Made by a program: the position numbers and the translations under genes | The notes under the pieces: generated by a model | The model's database searches: none | The model's input: only the letters and a program-made list of their open reading frames with translations | What the model was told of the DNA's origin: nothing | NCBI GenBank assembly: GCA_000998425.1 | Contig: LCDG01000002.1 | Span: 35,178 to 99,177 of the forward strand | Reading direction: 5' to 3' | Source of the DNA: Candidatus Nomurabacteria bacterium GW2011_GWC2_42_20 | GTDB lineage: Bacteria; Patescibacteriota; Minisyncoccia; Phycocordibacterales; UBA1550 | Length of the DNA: 64,000 bases | In this document: piece by piece, positions 10,203 to 20,541 of the stretch | Layout of the letters: each line of letters starts with the position of its first letter | How positions within the stretch are numbered: position 1 is the first letter of the stretch

Positions 10203-10496
10203 ATGGACCAGAATACTAACAATGGTGCGCAAATGCCAGAAAAAAAATCTACTGGCGTAGTCATAAGTATAATTATCATTGTACTTGTTCTTGCATACGG
10301 CGCATTCTATTTCTCAAAGCAAGTTCCTTTGCCGACAGAAAAGGAGGTCTTAGCTCCGTCAGAAATACAAGTAGACCAAACAATATCCTCCCTATCTAAA
10401 CAAGGTACATCTACAGACCTTGCAGACATTCAGAGAGATCTCGAGGCAACAGATTTCTCAGGGCTTGATGCTGGGCTAAGCGACATCGCAATCTAA
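10203..10496 (+). CDS. Small single-pass membrane protein
   Basis: One TM helix, acidic C-terminus; hairpin terminator at about 10513-10546. Confidence 0.75.
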   Translation: MDQNTNNGAQMPEKKSTGVVISIIIIVLVLAYGAFYFSKQVPLPTEKEVLAPSEIQVDQTISSLSKQGTSTDLADIQRDLEATDFSGLDAGLSDIAI

Positions 10497-10584
10497 CAAT
10501 CTCTCCTCTCCTAAAGGGCGACGACCAAATGGTCGTCGCCCTTTTTGTTGCAGAAACCAAGTAAACATAGTATCCTAAGCGCCT

Positions 10585-11601
10585 ATGACTGACATTAAAA
10601 CAACATTAAAAGAATTACCAGATAGCCTTGTAGAAATTACATGCGAAATTTCTGCTGAGTCGTTCGAAAAGGAGCGCCCAATTGCTTTGAAAAAGGTTGG
10701 TGAGGAGATTTCTTTGCCAGGGTTCCGCAAAGGGCACGTGCCTGAATCAATGATCGCCCAGAAATTTGGTGAGGCTTTCATTCTTGAAGAGATGGCAAAC
10801 CTTGCTATGGATAGAGCGTACAGCGAGATTTTAGGTCGCCACAAAATTCACGCAATAGCTATGCCTACAGTACAGGTAAAAAAACTTGCAAAAGGTAATC
10901 CTTTTGAATTCACTCTTACATTTCAGGTAATGCCGGAAATAAAACTCCCTGATTATAAAGCGATTGCAAAAGAAATAATGGCTGTTGAGGAAACAACTGT
11001 TGTCGAAGACAGTGAAGTTGAGCAAGCATTGAACGAGCTCCGCAAACAGTTTGCAACCAAGAATGATGCAGGAGATGAGGTACTTCCAGAAGTTACAGAT
11101 GAGCTTGCGCAAAAGTTTGGACCATTCGCAAATGTAGATGAGTTTAAGGCAAAAATTCACGAATCAATAGCGCACGAAAAGACGACTCGCGCGCGCGAAA
11201 AGAAACGTATGCAAGTAATGGAGAAAATTGCTGATGGGATTACCGCAAAACTTCCTCAGGTGCTCATTGAGGGCGAGCTTGAGAGAATGATTGGCCAATT
11301 CAAACATGATGTAGAACAAATGGGGATGAAGTTTGAAGACTACCTAGCAACAACAAAAAAGACTATTGAGGAAATGCGCAAGGAATGGACTGCTGACGCG
11401 GAGAAACGCGCCAAGGTACAAATTGCTCTAAACGAAATCTCTCTTCTAGAAAAAATCGAGGTTCTCAAAGATGACTTGGAGCGTGAATCAAAATTCTTTA
11501 TGGACAAATACAAGGACGCCGACCCAGGCCGTGTACGTATGCATCTAGAAATGATGCTCGCGAATGAGAAAGTCTTCCAGTTCCTAGAGTCACAAAAGTA
11601 G
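10585..11601 (+). CDS. tig: Trigger factor (short, FKBP/PPIase domain apparently absent)
   Basis: PGFRKGHVP ribosome-binding signature; 338 aa. Confidence 0.92.
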   Translation: MTDIKTTLKELPDSLVEITCEISAESFEKERPIALKKVGEEISLPGFRKGHVPESMIAQKFGEAFILEEMANLAMDRAYSEILGRHKIHAIAMPTVQVKKLAKGNPFEFTLTFQVMPEIKLPDYKAIAKEIMAVEETTVVEDSEVEQALNELRKQFATKNDAGDEVLPEVTDELAQKFGPFANVDEFKAKIHESIAHEKTTRAREKKRMQVMEKIADGITAKLPQVLIEGELERMIGQFKHDVEQMGMKFEDYLATTKKTIEEMRKEWTADAEKRAKVQIALNEISLLEKIEVLKDDLERESKFFMDKYKDADPGRVRMHLEMMLANEKVFQFLESQK

Positions 11602-11645
11602 CCAACAAAAACCCTAAATTTGGTGATTTAGGGTTTTTGTTGGCT
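11600..11645. terminator. Terminator-like hairpin with 20-bp arms
   Basis: agccaacaaaaaccctaaat-ttggtg-atttagggtttttgttggct. Confidence 0.7.
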
Positions 11646-11708
11646 TGCATTTTTTCTAAAAGTATGGTATAAGTATGGTTGTTCCAACAATTATAGGAGT
11701 TCTTTATT

Positions 11709-11891
11709 ATGAAGGCCAAAATTAATGATTTCCCAATCCTTATATCAGAAGAGGACATCCCAGATGAAGTTACCTGCGAAGAAGCAGCTGAGCGAAAGCG
11801 TCAGATTCTGCAATTTGGACGCGATTTCAAGCAGACGCTAGGCCGAGCAGTCGTCGACGCAAACCCAAGTATTTTCGACAAAGTGCACTAA
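11709..11891 (+). CDS. Small hypothetical protein in a stand-alone cassette
   Basis: TTGCAT-17-TATAAG, AGGAG SD, terminator aaaagccgacca-gttct-tggtcggctttt. Confidence 0.6.
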   Translation: MKAKINDFPILISEEDIPDEVTCEEAAERKRQILQFGRDFKQTLGRAVVDANPSIFDKVH

Positions 11892-11964
11892 AAAGCGTCT
11901 ATCCGATGACACAAAAGCCGACCAGTTCTTGGTCGGCTTTTTACTTTTGAGTAGCAAGATTTAC

Positions 11965-12486
11965 TTATCGACTCCCTTGGGCGTGTTTCAACGCATCTTC
12001 TGGAGTCTCCCCAGATGCGATAACATTCTCTGTTTTATCAACAGCGACATACACATCTTTCACTCCATTCTTTGCTGAAGCCCTCTCTTTTATCCATTCG
12101 CTAAAAGGCACGTTGCTCTCGCGCACCATATTAATCTCAGCATCAGTCAAACGATACCCATTGCGCACATAGTAAACAGATTGAATAGCCTCGTCCGACA
12201 TCGCCTTAAGCTGTTCGTCGCCGATTTTTCCTATATGCTCCATACGATCCACATACGCCCCTAAAATGATAGACTTTGTGGAAACAGGCGTGTCAGCATT
12301 TGCTGCCAAATATGCTGCGCGATTTCTCACAGCGTCAAAGTCCTCTGGGGTTATAATGTCGCCCTCATTTACAACGTTTCCTGAAGCTAGCATGTCACGG
12401 ATTTCTGCATTTCCTAATTCGTTAACTTCCTCAATAGCAGGATTTTCTTGAGTATTATTCGCACCAAAATTTTCTAATCTGTTCAT
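11965..12486 (-). CDS. Hypothetical protein; C-terminus resembles DUF5678-type small domain
   Basis: YVAVDKTENVIASGETPEDALKHA; TATAAT 6 nt upstream of ATG. Confidence 0.65.
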   Translation of the reverse strand: MNRLENFGANNTQENPAIEEVNELGNAEIRDMLASGNVVNEGDIITPEDFDAVRNRAAYLAANADTPVSTKSIILGAYVDRMEHIGKIGDEQLKAMSDEAIQSVYYVRNGYRLTDAEINMVRESNVPFSEWIKERASAKNGVKDVYVAVDKTENVIASGETPEDALKHAQGSR

Positions 12487-12521
12487 ATGCTCATTATATA
12501 CAAAAAATACTTAAAATAAAA

Positions 12522-13208
12522 TTAAATGATTGCTAACGCAAGTGCGACAATGGCGGCCGTTTCTGCGCGGAGGATTTGAGTGCCGGTTGTGACAATTGGG
12601 ATGTTCCTCGAGTGAAACGATTCAATCTCGGCATCAGTGAAACCTCCTTCGGGGCCGATGAGGAGTGAGACGGGAGCAGTAGTGTGCTCTGTGAAATACT
12701 CCCGCGCAGAAATTTGTCCGCGTGGGTCAAACACAACAACTCCGTCTGGGATTTTTTCAACAGAAATAATCTCGCTTATTGCTGGCACTGTTGCGCGCCC
12801 AGACTGCTCCGATGCTTCACGCAAAATCTTTTGCGCGCGTTCATAGTTCACACCCTTTTTCTCGCTACGGGCCGCTTGTACAGGGACAATACGTGATACA
12901 CCAAGCTCTGTTGCCTTTTCTAATACCATTTCAAAATTTTCTTTCTTAATGAGCGCAATGTAGAGCGTCATCTCGCGCGCAGGTACGAGACCTTTATTTG
13001 TTTCAAGCACTTTGAGTAACGCATTCTTTTTTGACAGTGAAACAAATTCACAGAGTGATTCGCTCCCATCACCATTAAAAAGAATAGCGCTGCTTCCCTC
13101 TTCCATACGCAAAACATTCCGCCATTGGTTGAGTAACGTTTCATTCGTAACAGAAAACTCACCACTTGCAGGAATTTTATTTTCAACAAAAAATCTATGT
13201 AATCGCAT
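12522..13208 (-). CDS. rsmE: 16S rRNA m3U1498 methyltransferase
   Basis: EKATELGV, EASEQSGR, IGPEGGF, ILRAETA; start moved to MRLHRFF. Confidence 0.95.
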   Translation of the reverse strand: MRLHRFFVENKIPASGEFSVTNETLLNQWRNVLRMEEGSSAILFNGDGSESLCEFVSLSKKNALLKVLETNKGLVPAREMTLYIALIKKENFEMVLEKATELGVSRIVPVQAARSEKKGVNYERAQKILREASEQSGRATVPAISEIISVEKIPDGVVVFDPRGQISAREYFTEHTTAPVSLLIGPEGGFTDAEIESFHSRNIPIVTTGTQILRAETAAIVALALAII

Positions 13209-13280
13209 ATTTACAGTATGCACAAACATCCTGGATGGTGCAAACCTTGCCACTAAACAAAATTATGCTAGTATGACCTT

Positions 13281-13877
13281 ATGTCATATTTAATTCCAAC
13301 TGTTATTGAAAAGTCATCGTCTGGCGAGCGCGCCTACGATATTTATTCACGCCTTCTAAAGGAGCGTATTATTTTCCTTTCTGGGGCAATCGATGACGAT
13401 ACGGCAAATATCACCATCGCTCAACTTCTTTTTCTTGAATCTGAGGATCCAAAGAAGGATATTTATTTGTACATTAACTCCCCTGGCGGATCGGTTTCAG
13501 CGGGAATGGCGCTTTACGACACCATGCAACACGTTAAGCCAGATGTTTCCACTATTTGTGTTGGAATGGCAGCATCGATGGGGGCGGTGCTTCTCTCTGC
13601 TGGTGCAAAGGGAAAGCGCTTCATTCTCCCAAACGCAGAGGTTATGATTCACCAGCCACTTGGCGGTACCGAGGGACAAGCGTCAGATATTGCCATCACC
13701 GCAAAACACATTTTGAAAATTAAGGAGAATCTAAACAAAATTCTCTCAAAAAATACTGGCAAGCCGCTCACACAAGTAGAAAAAGACACGGATCGTGACT
13801 TTTTTATGTCAGCAGATGAAGCAAAAAAGTATGGATTAGTAGACGAGATTTACAAACCAAAGAATCCTCGAGCATAA
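13281..13877 (+). CDS. clpP: ATP-dependent Clp protease proteolytic subunit
   Basis: [30 protein letters not shown]. Confidence 0.98.
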   Translation: MSYLIPTVIEKSSSGERAYDIYSRLLKERIIFLSGAIDDDTANITIAQLLFLESEDPKKDIYLYINSPGGSVSAGMALYDTMQHVKPDVSTICVGMAASMGAVLLSAGAKGKRFILPNAEVMIHQPLGGTEGQASDIAITAKHILKIKENLNKILSKNTGKPLTQVEKDTDRDFFMSADEAKKYGLVDEIYKPKNPRA

Positions 13878-13935
13878 CAAAACAAAAATCACCCAGCCTA
13901 ACTATTAGGCTGGGTGATTTTTGTTTTGTTATGCT
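13871..13935. terminator. Palindrome with perfect 31-bp arms and 3-nt loop overlapping the clpP stop
   Basis: agcataacaaaacaaaaatcacccagcctaa-cta-ttaggctgggtgatttttgttttgttatgct. Confidence 0.75.
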
Positions 13936-14155
13936 TGTGCTGAAGGTTAAAAGTGTAAATTTGAAAGGTAGCCTAGAAACCAGACGGTTTCTAGGCCTTA
14001 ACCTTACAGACCATCGGCTTTATGGACTTTTGACTTGTTTAAGAGTATTCTAAAAGTGTTCTTACTTTAAATTTAAATTGACACATTTTATTGGCATTAG
14101 TATCCGACGATACGAAGGAAACACCTAAGGTTTCCAAGGATTTTCGGACTTGCAT

Positions 14156-15688
14156 ATGGATATTAACATTGCACTCACGCTTGGTGGCGTGATGGCAATC
14201 CTAGTCGGTGCGGCACTCGGCTACCTCTTGCGCTGGTTCGTTGCAGTTTCAAAGCGTGGTTCTGTCGAGCTCGAAGTAAAACAGGTGCTTCTGTCTGCAA
14301 AAGAAGAAGCGCAAAAAATCATTGAGGAGGCCGACAGGAGAGCCGAAGTATATGGGAGAGAGCTCCATGAGGAAGAGCGAGAGCAAAATGAGCGATTCAA
14401 AAAGCTTGAGGAACGATTGCTCAAAAAGGAGGAATTCTTGGACAAAAGACAAGCAGATATAGATGATGAAATTTCCCACATAAAGGAAAAGGCTGACGAA
14501 CTGAAAATTATTCGCGATAAAACAATCAAAGAAAACGAGTTGGCGCAACGCGAACTTGAACGCGTAGCACACCTTGGAGAGGAGTCTGCTAAGGAGGAGC
14601 TTCTGAAACGTGTAGAAAAGCGATACGAGGAGGATATCCTGAATAGGATTAAAAAGCTTGAAGCTGATGGTGAAGACAGACTAGCGCGCACAGCGCGAGA
14701 TATTCTTGCTACTTCTATCCAGCGACTCGCAACGTCAACTGCCTCAGAAATGATGGTGACCTCTGTACAAATCGCTTCAGACGAAATAAAAGGAAAGATA
14801 ATCGGAAAGGAGGGCAGAAATATACGTGCTTTTGAACGTGCAGCTGGGGTTGAAGTCATTATCGATGACACCCCTGGATCAATTGTTATTTCGTCTTTTG
14901 ACCCAATTCGTCGACAAATCGCGCGCGTGGCGCTAGAAGCATTAATAGAGGACGGCAGGATACAGCCTGCAAAAATAGAGGAAGCTGTGGAAAAGGCGCG
15001 TGAAGAAGTGAACAAAATTACAAAAGAAAAGGGGGAGCAAGCTGCGTATGAGTGTGGTGTGTTCAACCTTGACCCGCGAATTATTGCAATTCTTGGGCGT
15101 TTACATTTCCGTACAAGCTACGGCCAGAATGTCCTGCAACACTCCGTAGAAATGGCGCATATTGCTGGAATGATAGCAGAAGAGATTGGCGCAAATGTTG
15201 CTATTGCAAAAGCTGGCGCACTCCTCCACGATTTAGGAAAGGCGATAGACCATGAGGTTGAAGGCACACACGTAGAAATAGGCCGCAAGATTATGCAAAA
15301 ATTTGACGTCGACAAGCGTATCATTCAGGCCATGCAATCACACCATGAAGAATATCCTTATGAAACACTTGAATCCATCATAGTGCAAACGGCAGACGCA
15401 ATTTCCGGAGGTAGACCAGGTGCGCGTAGAGATTCAGCAGAAAACTACCTAAAGCGTCTTGAAGACCTGGAAGGCATAGCAAAATCCTTCCAGGCGGTCG
15501 AAAAAACATACGCAATACAAGCAGGAAGAGAGCTTCGTGTGTTTGTGAAACCAGAAAAAATCACCGACCTTGAATCAAAATCACTTGCGCGGGACATAGC
15601 TATCCGCATTGAAAAGGAGCTTAAATATCCGGGTGAAATCAAGGTTGCTGTCATTCGAGAATCACGAGCAATCGAGTACGCAAGGTAG
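14156..15688 (+). CDS. rny: Ribonuclease Y
   Basis: N-terminal TM, coiled coil, KH (KGKIIGKEGRNIR), HD (LLHDLGK), YAIQAGRE. Confidence 0.97.
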   Translation: MDINIALTLGGVMAILVGAALGYLLRWFVAVSKRGSVELEVKQVLLSAKEEAQKIIEEADRRAEVYGRELHEEEREQNERFKKLEERLLKKEEFLDKRQADIDDEISHIKEKADELKIIRDKTIKENELAQRELERVAHLGEESAKEELLKRVEKRYEEDILNRIKKLEADGEDRLARTARDILATSIQRLATSTASEMMVTSVQIASDEIKGKIIGKEGRNIRAFERAAGVEVIIDDTPGSIVISSFDPIRRQIARVALEALIEDGRIQPAKIEEAVEKAREEVNKITKEKGEQAAYECGVFNLDPRIIAILGRLHFRTSYGQNVLQHSVEMAHIAGMIAEEIGANVAIAKAGALLHDLGKAIDHEVEGTHVEIGRKIMQKFDVDKRIIQAMQSHHEEYPYETLESIIVQTADAISGGRPGARRDSAENYLKRLEDLEGIAKSFQAVEKTYAIQAGRELRVFVKPEKITDLESKSLARDIAIRIEKELKYPGEIKVAVIRESRAIEYAR

Positions 15689-15756
15689 CGATTTGTGCAG
15701 AAATTAAGCAACATGCTTCGAATTCTAGCAATATTCCGAACTATCCTTGTATCTAT

Positions 15757-15881
15757 TGCGTAAAAAAACCTAGGGGGGTATACTATTTAGTAAGGAGGTC
15801 TGACCCGCACCGTGTGGGGAAACTCCCCTTTCGCTATGTAATACGTAACGTGGCAAAAGGTTAGTTGCGGGTGAGAAACTC
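15757..15881 (+). promoter_or_regulatory. hup promoter and structured leader
   Basis: TTGCGT-17-TATACT, then ACCCGCA...TGCGGGT stem enclosing two hairpins. Confidence 0.5.
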
Positions 15882-15927
15882 GTTTTAGTATTAAAAGAAT
15901 TAACAGAAAGCGCTAATAAAAAACATT

Positions 15928-16203
15928 ATGAACAAAGCAGCTATCGCTGAAATTATTCACGAAAGGATGGGTGGAACAAAGGTATCAGCAGAGCAAACAC
16001 TTGATGCAATCCTCGAGGCTATGGTAAGTACTCTAAAGAGCGGTGATGAAGTATCAATTGCAGGCCTCGGCATCTTTTCAGTAAAACCTCGCGCAGCTCG
16101 CACAGCTCGCAACCCAAAGACTGGTGAGTCTATCCAGGTAAAGGCAACAAAAGTTCCAAAGTTCCGCGCAGCAAAGGCGCTCAAGGATGCAGTAGCAAAA
16201 TAA
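15928..16203 (+). CDS. hup: DNA-binding protein HU
   Basis: MNKA..., GLGIF, RTARNPKTGE, PKFRAAKALKDAV. Confidence 0.96.
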   Translation: MNKAAIAEIIHERMGGTKVSAEQTLDAILEAMVSTLKSGDEVSIAGLGIFSVKPRAARTARNPKTGESIQVKATKVPKFRAAKALKDAVAK

Positions 16204-16212
16204 GCTATTTGA

Positions 16213-16272
16213 TCTTTCAAATAAAAACCACCCAGCCACTCTAGAGTGGCTGGGTGGGTTTTATTTGAAAGA
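16213..16272. terminator. 60-bp loopless palindrome (1 mismatch) between hup and tRNA-Gly, centred on TCTAGA
   Basis: tctttcaaataaaaaccacccagccactct|agagtggctgggtgggttttatttgaaaga. Confidence 0.75.
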
Positions 16273-16273
16273 G

Positions 16274-16344
16274 TGCGGGATGGGAGAATCGAACTCCCGA
16301 TTTCAGTTTGGAAAACTGAAGTTATACCATTTAACTAATCCCGC
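16274..16344 (-). tRNA. tRNA-Gly(TCC)
   Basis: GCGGGAT/ATCCCGC acceptor stem, TCAGT-TT-TCC-AA-ACTGA anticodon arm, GTTCGATTC T-loop; CCA not encoded. Confidence 0.95.
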
Positions 16345-16407
16345 GATTAGAATGACAATAACAAAAAAAGCTTATTTTAGCAATTACTAAATAAATTATT
16401 GTGGTGT

Positions 16408-17301
16408 TTACCCAATAAGAGTGCGAACCTTTGTCACAATCTCATCAAGTGTGAAGTTCGCCTTCACCATAAAATCTTTTGCGCCAAGATTCATCGCTCT
16501 TTCTAGATCCTCTTTTTGACCGAGGTTGCTTAGCATAACAACAGGAACATCTATTAGCTTTGGGTCCTCCTTGATTCGTCGAAGAATCTCGAATCCATCA
16601 ACCCCTGGTAAAATAATGTCGCATAAAATTATTTTTGGTTTGCGTTCTGCTAAAATAATGAATGCGGCCTCAGCATCAATTGCATTTTTAACATCAAACC
16701 CTTCCGCAGAAAGCTTTCTTACCAATAATTCACGGAGGAACTTGTCGTCTTCAATAACTAGGATAAAGATCTTCTCCTCTGCTATAGTGGCTGTGGAAAC
16801 ACTTGTTGCAGCCTGCACTACTGGTGCATTTTCTACCACAGGATGCTCTACTGCTCCAGATACAGTTACATTTTGCGTACGGACACCCCATTCACCCTGT
16901 GGAGCCATTGCACTCCCTGCAAGCACCTTTCTTACTTTTTCAAGTACCTCATTTGGGTCAAACACCGCCTTTATTAAAAACTCTTTTGCGCCAAGCTCTT
17001 GTGCGCGCTTTATTTCTACTGGTTGACCAGAATTTGAAATGATAATAATTGGAAGACCACGAAGACTATCATCAGCATGTATCTCCTCCATTACCTCAAT
17101 ACCACTCTTTCGTGGCATTAAAATATCCAAAAGAATACAGTCTGGCCTAACTGCGCGAATTCTTTCCATTGCAATAACCCCATCCTGCGCTATGTCCACG
17201 ACATACCCGCTCCTTTGAAGTTTTTCGGCAAGCACATCACGAAGAACAGTGTCGTCCTCCACAATGATAATTCTCTTTTTTTCGTCCATAGTTGTTTCCA
17301 T
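16408..17301 (-). CDS. Response regulator with two receiver domains and no output domain
   Basis: Two REC repeats (VEDD...LLDILMP...LIK; IEDD...LCDIILP...MVK). Confidence 0.9.
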   Translation of the reverse strand: METTMDEKKRIIIVEDDTVLRDVLAEKLQRSGYVVDIAQDGVIAMERIRAVRPDCILLDILMPRKSGIEVMEEIHADDSLRGLPIIIISNSGQPVEIKRAQELGAKEFLIKAVFDPNEVLEKVRKVLAGSAMAPQGEWGVRTQNVTVSGAVEHPVVENAPVVQAATSVSTATIAEEKIFILVIEDDKFLRELLVRKLSAEGFDVKNAIDAEAAFIILAERKPKIILCDIILPGVDGFEILRRIKEDPKLIDVPVVMLSNLGQKEDLERAMNLGAKDFMVKANFTLDEIVTKVRTLIG

Positions 17302-17325
17302 TATATTACAATGCTCGCAATTTTA

Positions 17326-19269
17326 CTAGGATGTCTTTGCGTTACTATCACCTTCGGTAAGCTCCACTGTTCTACCCTCCTCGTCCTCCTTTGGTAAGAG
17401 GTTTGCAACAACAGGTATAACGACAGTGAAAGTTGTTCCCTTACCTTCAACAGAATCAACCCATATCTGCCCGCCGTGTCGCATAATGATACTCTTAACA
17501 ATAAAGAGGCCGAGCCCAGATCCATCTGTTTGCAAATGAATCACGTTTGAAGCACGGAAGAATTTTGAAAACAGCTTTGCGAGATCGGCCTGCGGGATAC
17601 CGACTCCTGTGTCTGAGATCTTGACCTCTATATAATCTCCCTGTCTTTGGACAATGATGGTTACTTTACCTCCTGGCAACGTATATTTCATCGCATTGTC
17701 AACGATATTTTGCAATGCAATAAGCAGTTTCTCTGGGTCGAACAAAAATTCTGGAATTTCTCCTATACGATTTTCGAGTCGAACCTCAATGTTGCGCTCT
17801 TTTGATGGGAGTACGGTGTTCTCAATAAGCGTATTGAGAAGTTTAATAAAATCATTCTTAACAAAATTATAACCAAACTTACCATTCTCAATACGTGATA
17901 CATTTAGAAGGTCGTTCACAAGCTGAATCATTTTTTCGTTCGTTTCGAATCCACGCTTTAGCATACCTTTCTGATCCTCGGTCACAGCACCTAAATCGCC
18001 ATCGAGAAGCAGTTTGAGCACCCACTTAACACCAGAAAGGGGTGTGCGGAGCTGGTGTGCGGCAACAGAAATAAAGTCTGACTTTAATTTGTCGAGTTCA
18101 CGCAAATTCACAACCATCGAATTAAACACTGCTCCAAATTGGCCAATCTCATCGTTTGTAGTATGCTCAACAACCTGAGTTAAGTCTCCGTCAGCAATCT
18201 TTTTAGCAATAACGGAGTAGCGACGAATTGGCCCAACAACCTCACGCTCAAGAATAGCAGACAGGACCATAACGAAGACTGCCGTAAACACAATACCTAG
18301 ACCAAACATGCGCAGCTTGAGTGCCGTGATCTTGTCTGTATAGGAAGAGGTAAGGATATGTACCTCTTGTAGCCCTATAATTTTATCACGCCCTTCAACC
18401 ATAAACTTAATAGGCCTTACGTTGATCATCACTTCGTGCTCGCCATGAACAACACTCTTATAGTCTGCAACTTCTATTTTGCCAGATAGCACATCGTTTC
18501 GGTATTTGTTGTGCTCCGCTGTATCATCATCAAATTCTCTGTCATCCTTGTCTGTGTTTGCGATAATATTCAAATTTGCATCACTAACAATAAAATCGTG
18601 GAAAATGCGCCCCTTGCCATCCTCTTTTTCCAGACCAAAATTTGCCACGCTTTCAGTAATCAACCTAATCGCTTCTAGGTCCTCCTCGCGTGTAACAATA
18701 ATAGATCTAGCTGTTTGCTCAACACTAGCAGAAATTGCAAGCAAGAGACTTTCTGCTTGAGCTATATCTGATGAACTTTTTGAGTCTGTCGCCACCTCAA
18801 CCTCAATTACATTAATTATCTCGGAATTGTCGTCTGAGTAAATTTTATAAATTGGTATCCACTGCTCAAGTTCGTAAAAAGTTCCCTTATCTTTCAGGGC
18901 CTTCACTTTTTGCCTTTTTGTTTTTACCTCCTCAATAAAACTAATATTTCGTTCTGGCAGCTTAGTCCCCATCAGATTTTTCGTTGATGCTGTGACGACT
19001 CCATCCATACCAGCCACGTTGATATAAACGACTCCCTTAATTTTCCCAAGTTCATCTACAGTATCCTGCAGTCGTACTTGCTGATCGTACACCTGCTTAA
19101 ACATGCGCTCGATCTCTTTGTGAAAAATTTCTGTTGAAACTCTTGCATTGTTTAGGACTTGATTTCTTGTTGCATTGGCTTCTATGCTAACAATAATTCC
19201 AAAAGCAGCAGTCAAGACAACTAATGTTACAAGAATCAATACGAGATTTATTTTTGCTCCGAGTTTCAT
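17326..19269 (-). CDS. Membrane sensor histidine kinase (extracytoplasmic sensor, HAMP, HisKA, HATPase)
   Basis: Two TMs, DEIGQF HAMP, AHQLRTPL H-box, NAMKYT, DTGVGI, GSGLGL. Confidence 0.95.
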   Translation of the reverse strand: MKLGAKINLVLILVTLVVLTAAFGIIVSIEANATRNQVLNNARVSTEIFHKEIERMFKQVYDQQVRLQDTVDELGKIKGVVYINVAGMDGVVTASTKNLMGTKLPERNISFIEEVKTKRQKVKALKDKGTFYELEQWIPIYKIYSDDNSEIINVIEVEVATDSKSSSDIAQAESLLLAISASVEQTARSIIVTREEDLEAIRLITESVANFGLEKEDGKGRIFHDFIVSDANLNIIANTDKDDREFDDDTAEHNKYRNDVLSGKIEVADYKSVVHGEHEVMINVRPIKFMVEGRDKIIGLQEVHILTSSYTDKITALKLRMFGLGIVFTAVFVMVLSAILEREVVGPIRRYSVIAKKIADGDLTQVVEHTTNDEIGQFGAVFNSMVVNLRELDKLKSDFISVAAHQLRTPLSGVKWVLKLLLDGDLGAVTEDQKGMLKRGFETNEKMIQLVNDLLNVSRIENGKFGYNFVKNDFIKLLNTLIENTVLPSKERNIEVRLENRIGEIPEFLFDPEKLLIALQNIVDNAMKYTLPGGKVTIIVQRQGDYIEVKISDTGVGIPQADLAKLFSKFFRASNVIHLQTDGSGLGLFIVKSIIMRHGGQIWVDSVEGKGTTFTVVIPVVANLLPKEDEEGRTVELTEGDSNAKTS

Positions 19270-19359
19270 TTCACTTTACAGTATACACTATTAATAAAAA
19301 AAGTAATCACTGATCTGTGGAAAAGTATTTTTAATTTCATTACGACACGATTGCAGGTT

Positions 19360-20400
19360 TTAGTTTATCTCTATGTCGATGTGGCGCACAGATGGAATTT
19401 CTTTTTGAATACGCGCTTCAAGCTCGTCTATCCGTGTACCAATCACGCGTGGCACACGATCGGTATAATCTACAATGTAACGAACAAATTCTTGATAGTC
19501 GCCTTTGATTGTATCGTAGTCGTCCTTAAGCATCTCACCATTTGATAGTTCTCTAAAGAGTGCAGTCCCGTTCACCTCCACCTCACACTTAGCGCGGTAT
19601 TTCCCAAGCTCAACAACAGATGATTTAAAATCATACACACGCTCAATCATTGGGTCAGCCGATAATATCTCAATGATTTGCTCTCTCACATCTTCTGGGA
19701 TAGACTTCTCTACAAGAAACCGCTTATTTTTTAGAATAAGAGTCATTGCGACCCACGCCAAAAGCGCCCCAATAATTATAGACCCTGTGGCATCCCAAAC
19801 TGGGCTCCCAGTTATTTGAGAGAGTCCTATCGCAAAAGTAGCAACAATAACACCAAGGAGAGCTACGCCATCTTCATAAACCACAGCAATAACAGTTGGG
19901 TCTCCGCTTTCAAGCATTTCTCGAATTGTCTCATTACCACCTTTATTACTCCATAACTCACGAAACGCAATGTAGAAGGTAATGAACTCAACTACAAATG
20001 AAATGATTAGTATCATAAACACCTCGGGCCGAAAAACTAGTTCCTCTGGATTAAGGAGGGTGTGTACACCGTGGTATACAGTAACCCCGGCACCAATAAA
20101 GAAAACGCCACATGCTGAAATAAGGGCCCAAAAGAAGCGTTCTAGCCCATAACCATAGGAAGAGCTCTCGTCTGGGGCGCGCCGGCTTTTGACAATGCCG
20201 ACCATAAGTAACGCTTGGTTTGAAGTGTCTGCAAAACTATGCACCGCCTCCGAAAACAACGAGCTCGAACCCGATACAACAAAACCGATAGTTTTAAGTA
20301 TCGTAATAGTAAAATTCCCAACAAGAGCTGCGGCAACCGAGGCAAACCCTGGCTCTCTGTTGTAAATGAACCCTTTATTAGATTTTTCTATATTAGTCAT
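19360..20400 (-). CDS. Cation diffusion facilitator family transporter
   Basis: SEAVHSFAD, YGYGLERF, VYED, WDATGSIIIG. Confidence 0.9.
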   Translation of the reverse strand: MTNIEKSNKGFIYNREPGFASVAAALVGNFTITILKTIGFVVSGSSSLFSEAVHSFADTSNQALLMVGIVKSRRAPDESSSYGYGLERFFWALISACGVFFIGAGVTVYHGVHTLLNPEELVFRPEVFMILIISFVVEFITFYIAFRELWSNKGGNETIREMLESGDPTVIAVVYEDGVALLGVIVATFAIGLSQITGSPVWDATGSIIIGALLAWVAMTLILKNKRFLVEKSIPEDVREQIIEILSADPMIERVYDFKSSVVELGKYRAKCEVEVNGTALFRELSNGEMLKDDYDTIKGDYQEFVRYIVDYTDRVPRVIGTRIDELEARIQKEIPSVRHIDIEIN

Positions 20401-20436
20401 GAGACGCCCTTACTGGGCCATGCGTCAAAATCCCTG

Positions 20437-20507
20437 TCGGGGTGCCGAGAATCGAACTCGGCCTATCTGCTCCCAAAGCAGACGTACTACCGATATACTA
20501 CACCCCG
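20437..20507 (-). tRNA. tRNA-Pro(TGG)
   Basis: CGGGGTG/CACCCCG acceptor stem, TCTGC-TT-TGG-GA-GCAGA anticodon arm, GTTCGATTC. Confidence 0.95.
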
Positions 20508-20541
20508 ACAAGAATTTCGACTTCGAAAAATTGTCACTAAA

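Noticed and set aside
14221-15066. Long antisense ORFs (e.g. 14221-15066, 51485-52207, 476-1009, 36446-36988)
   Set aside because: Shadow frames of well-supported genes on the opposite strand, with Ser/Phe-rich composition and no motifs.
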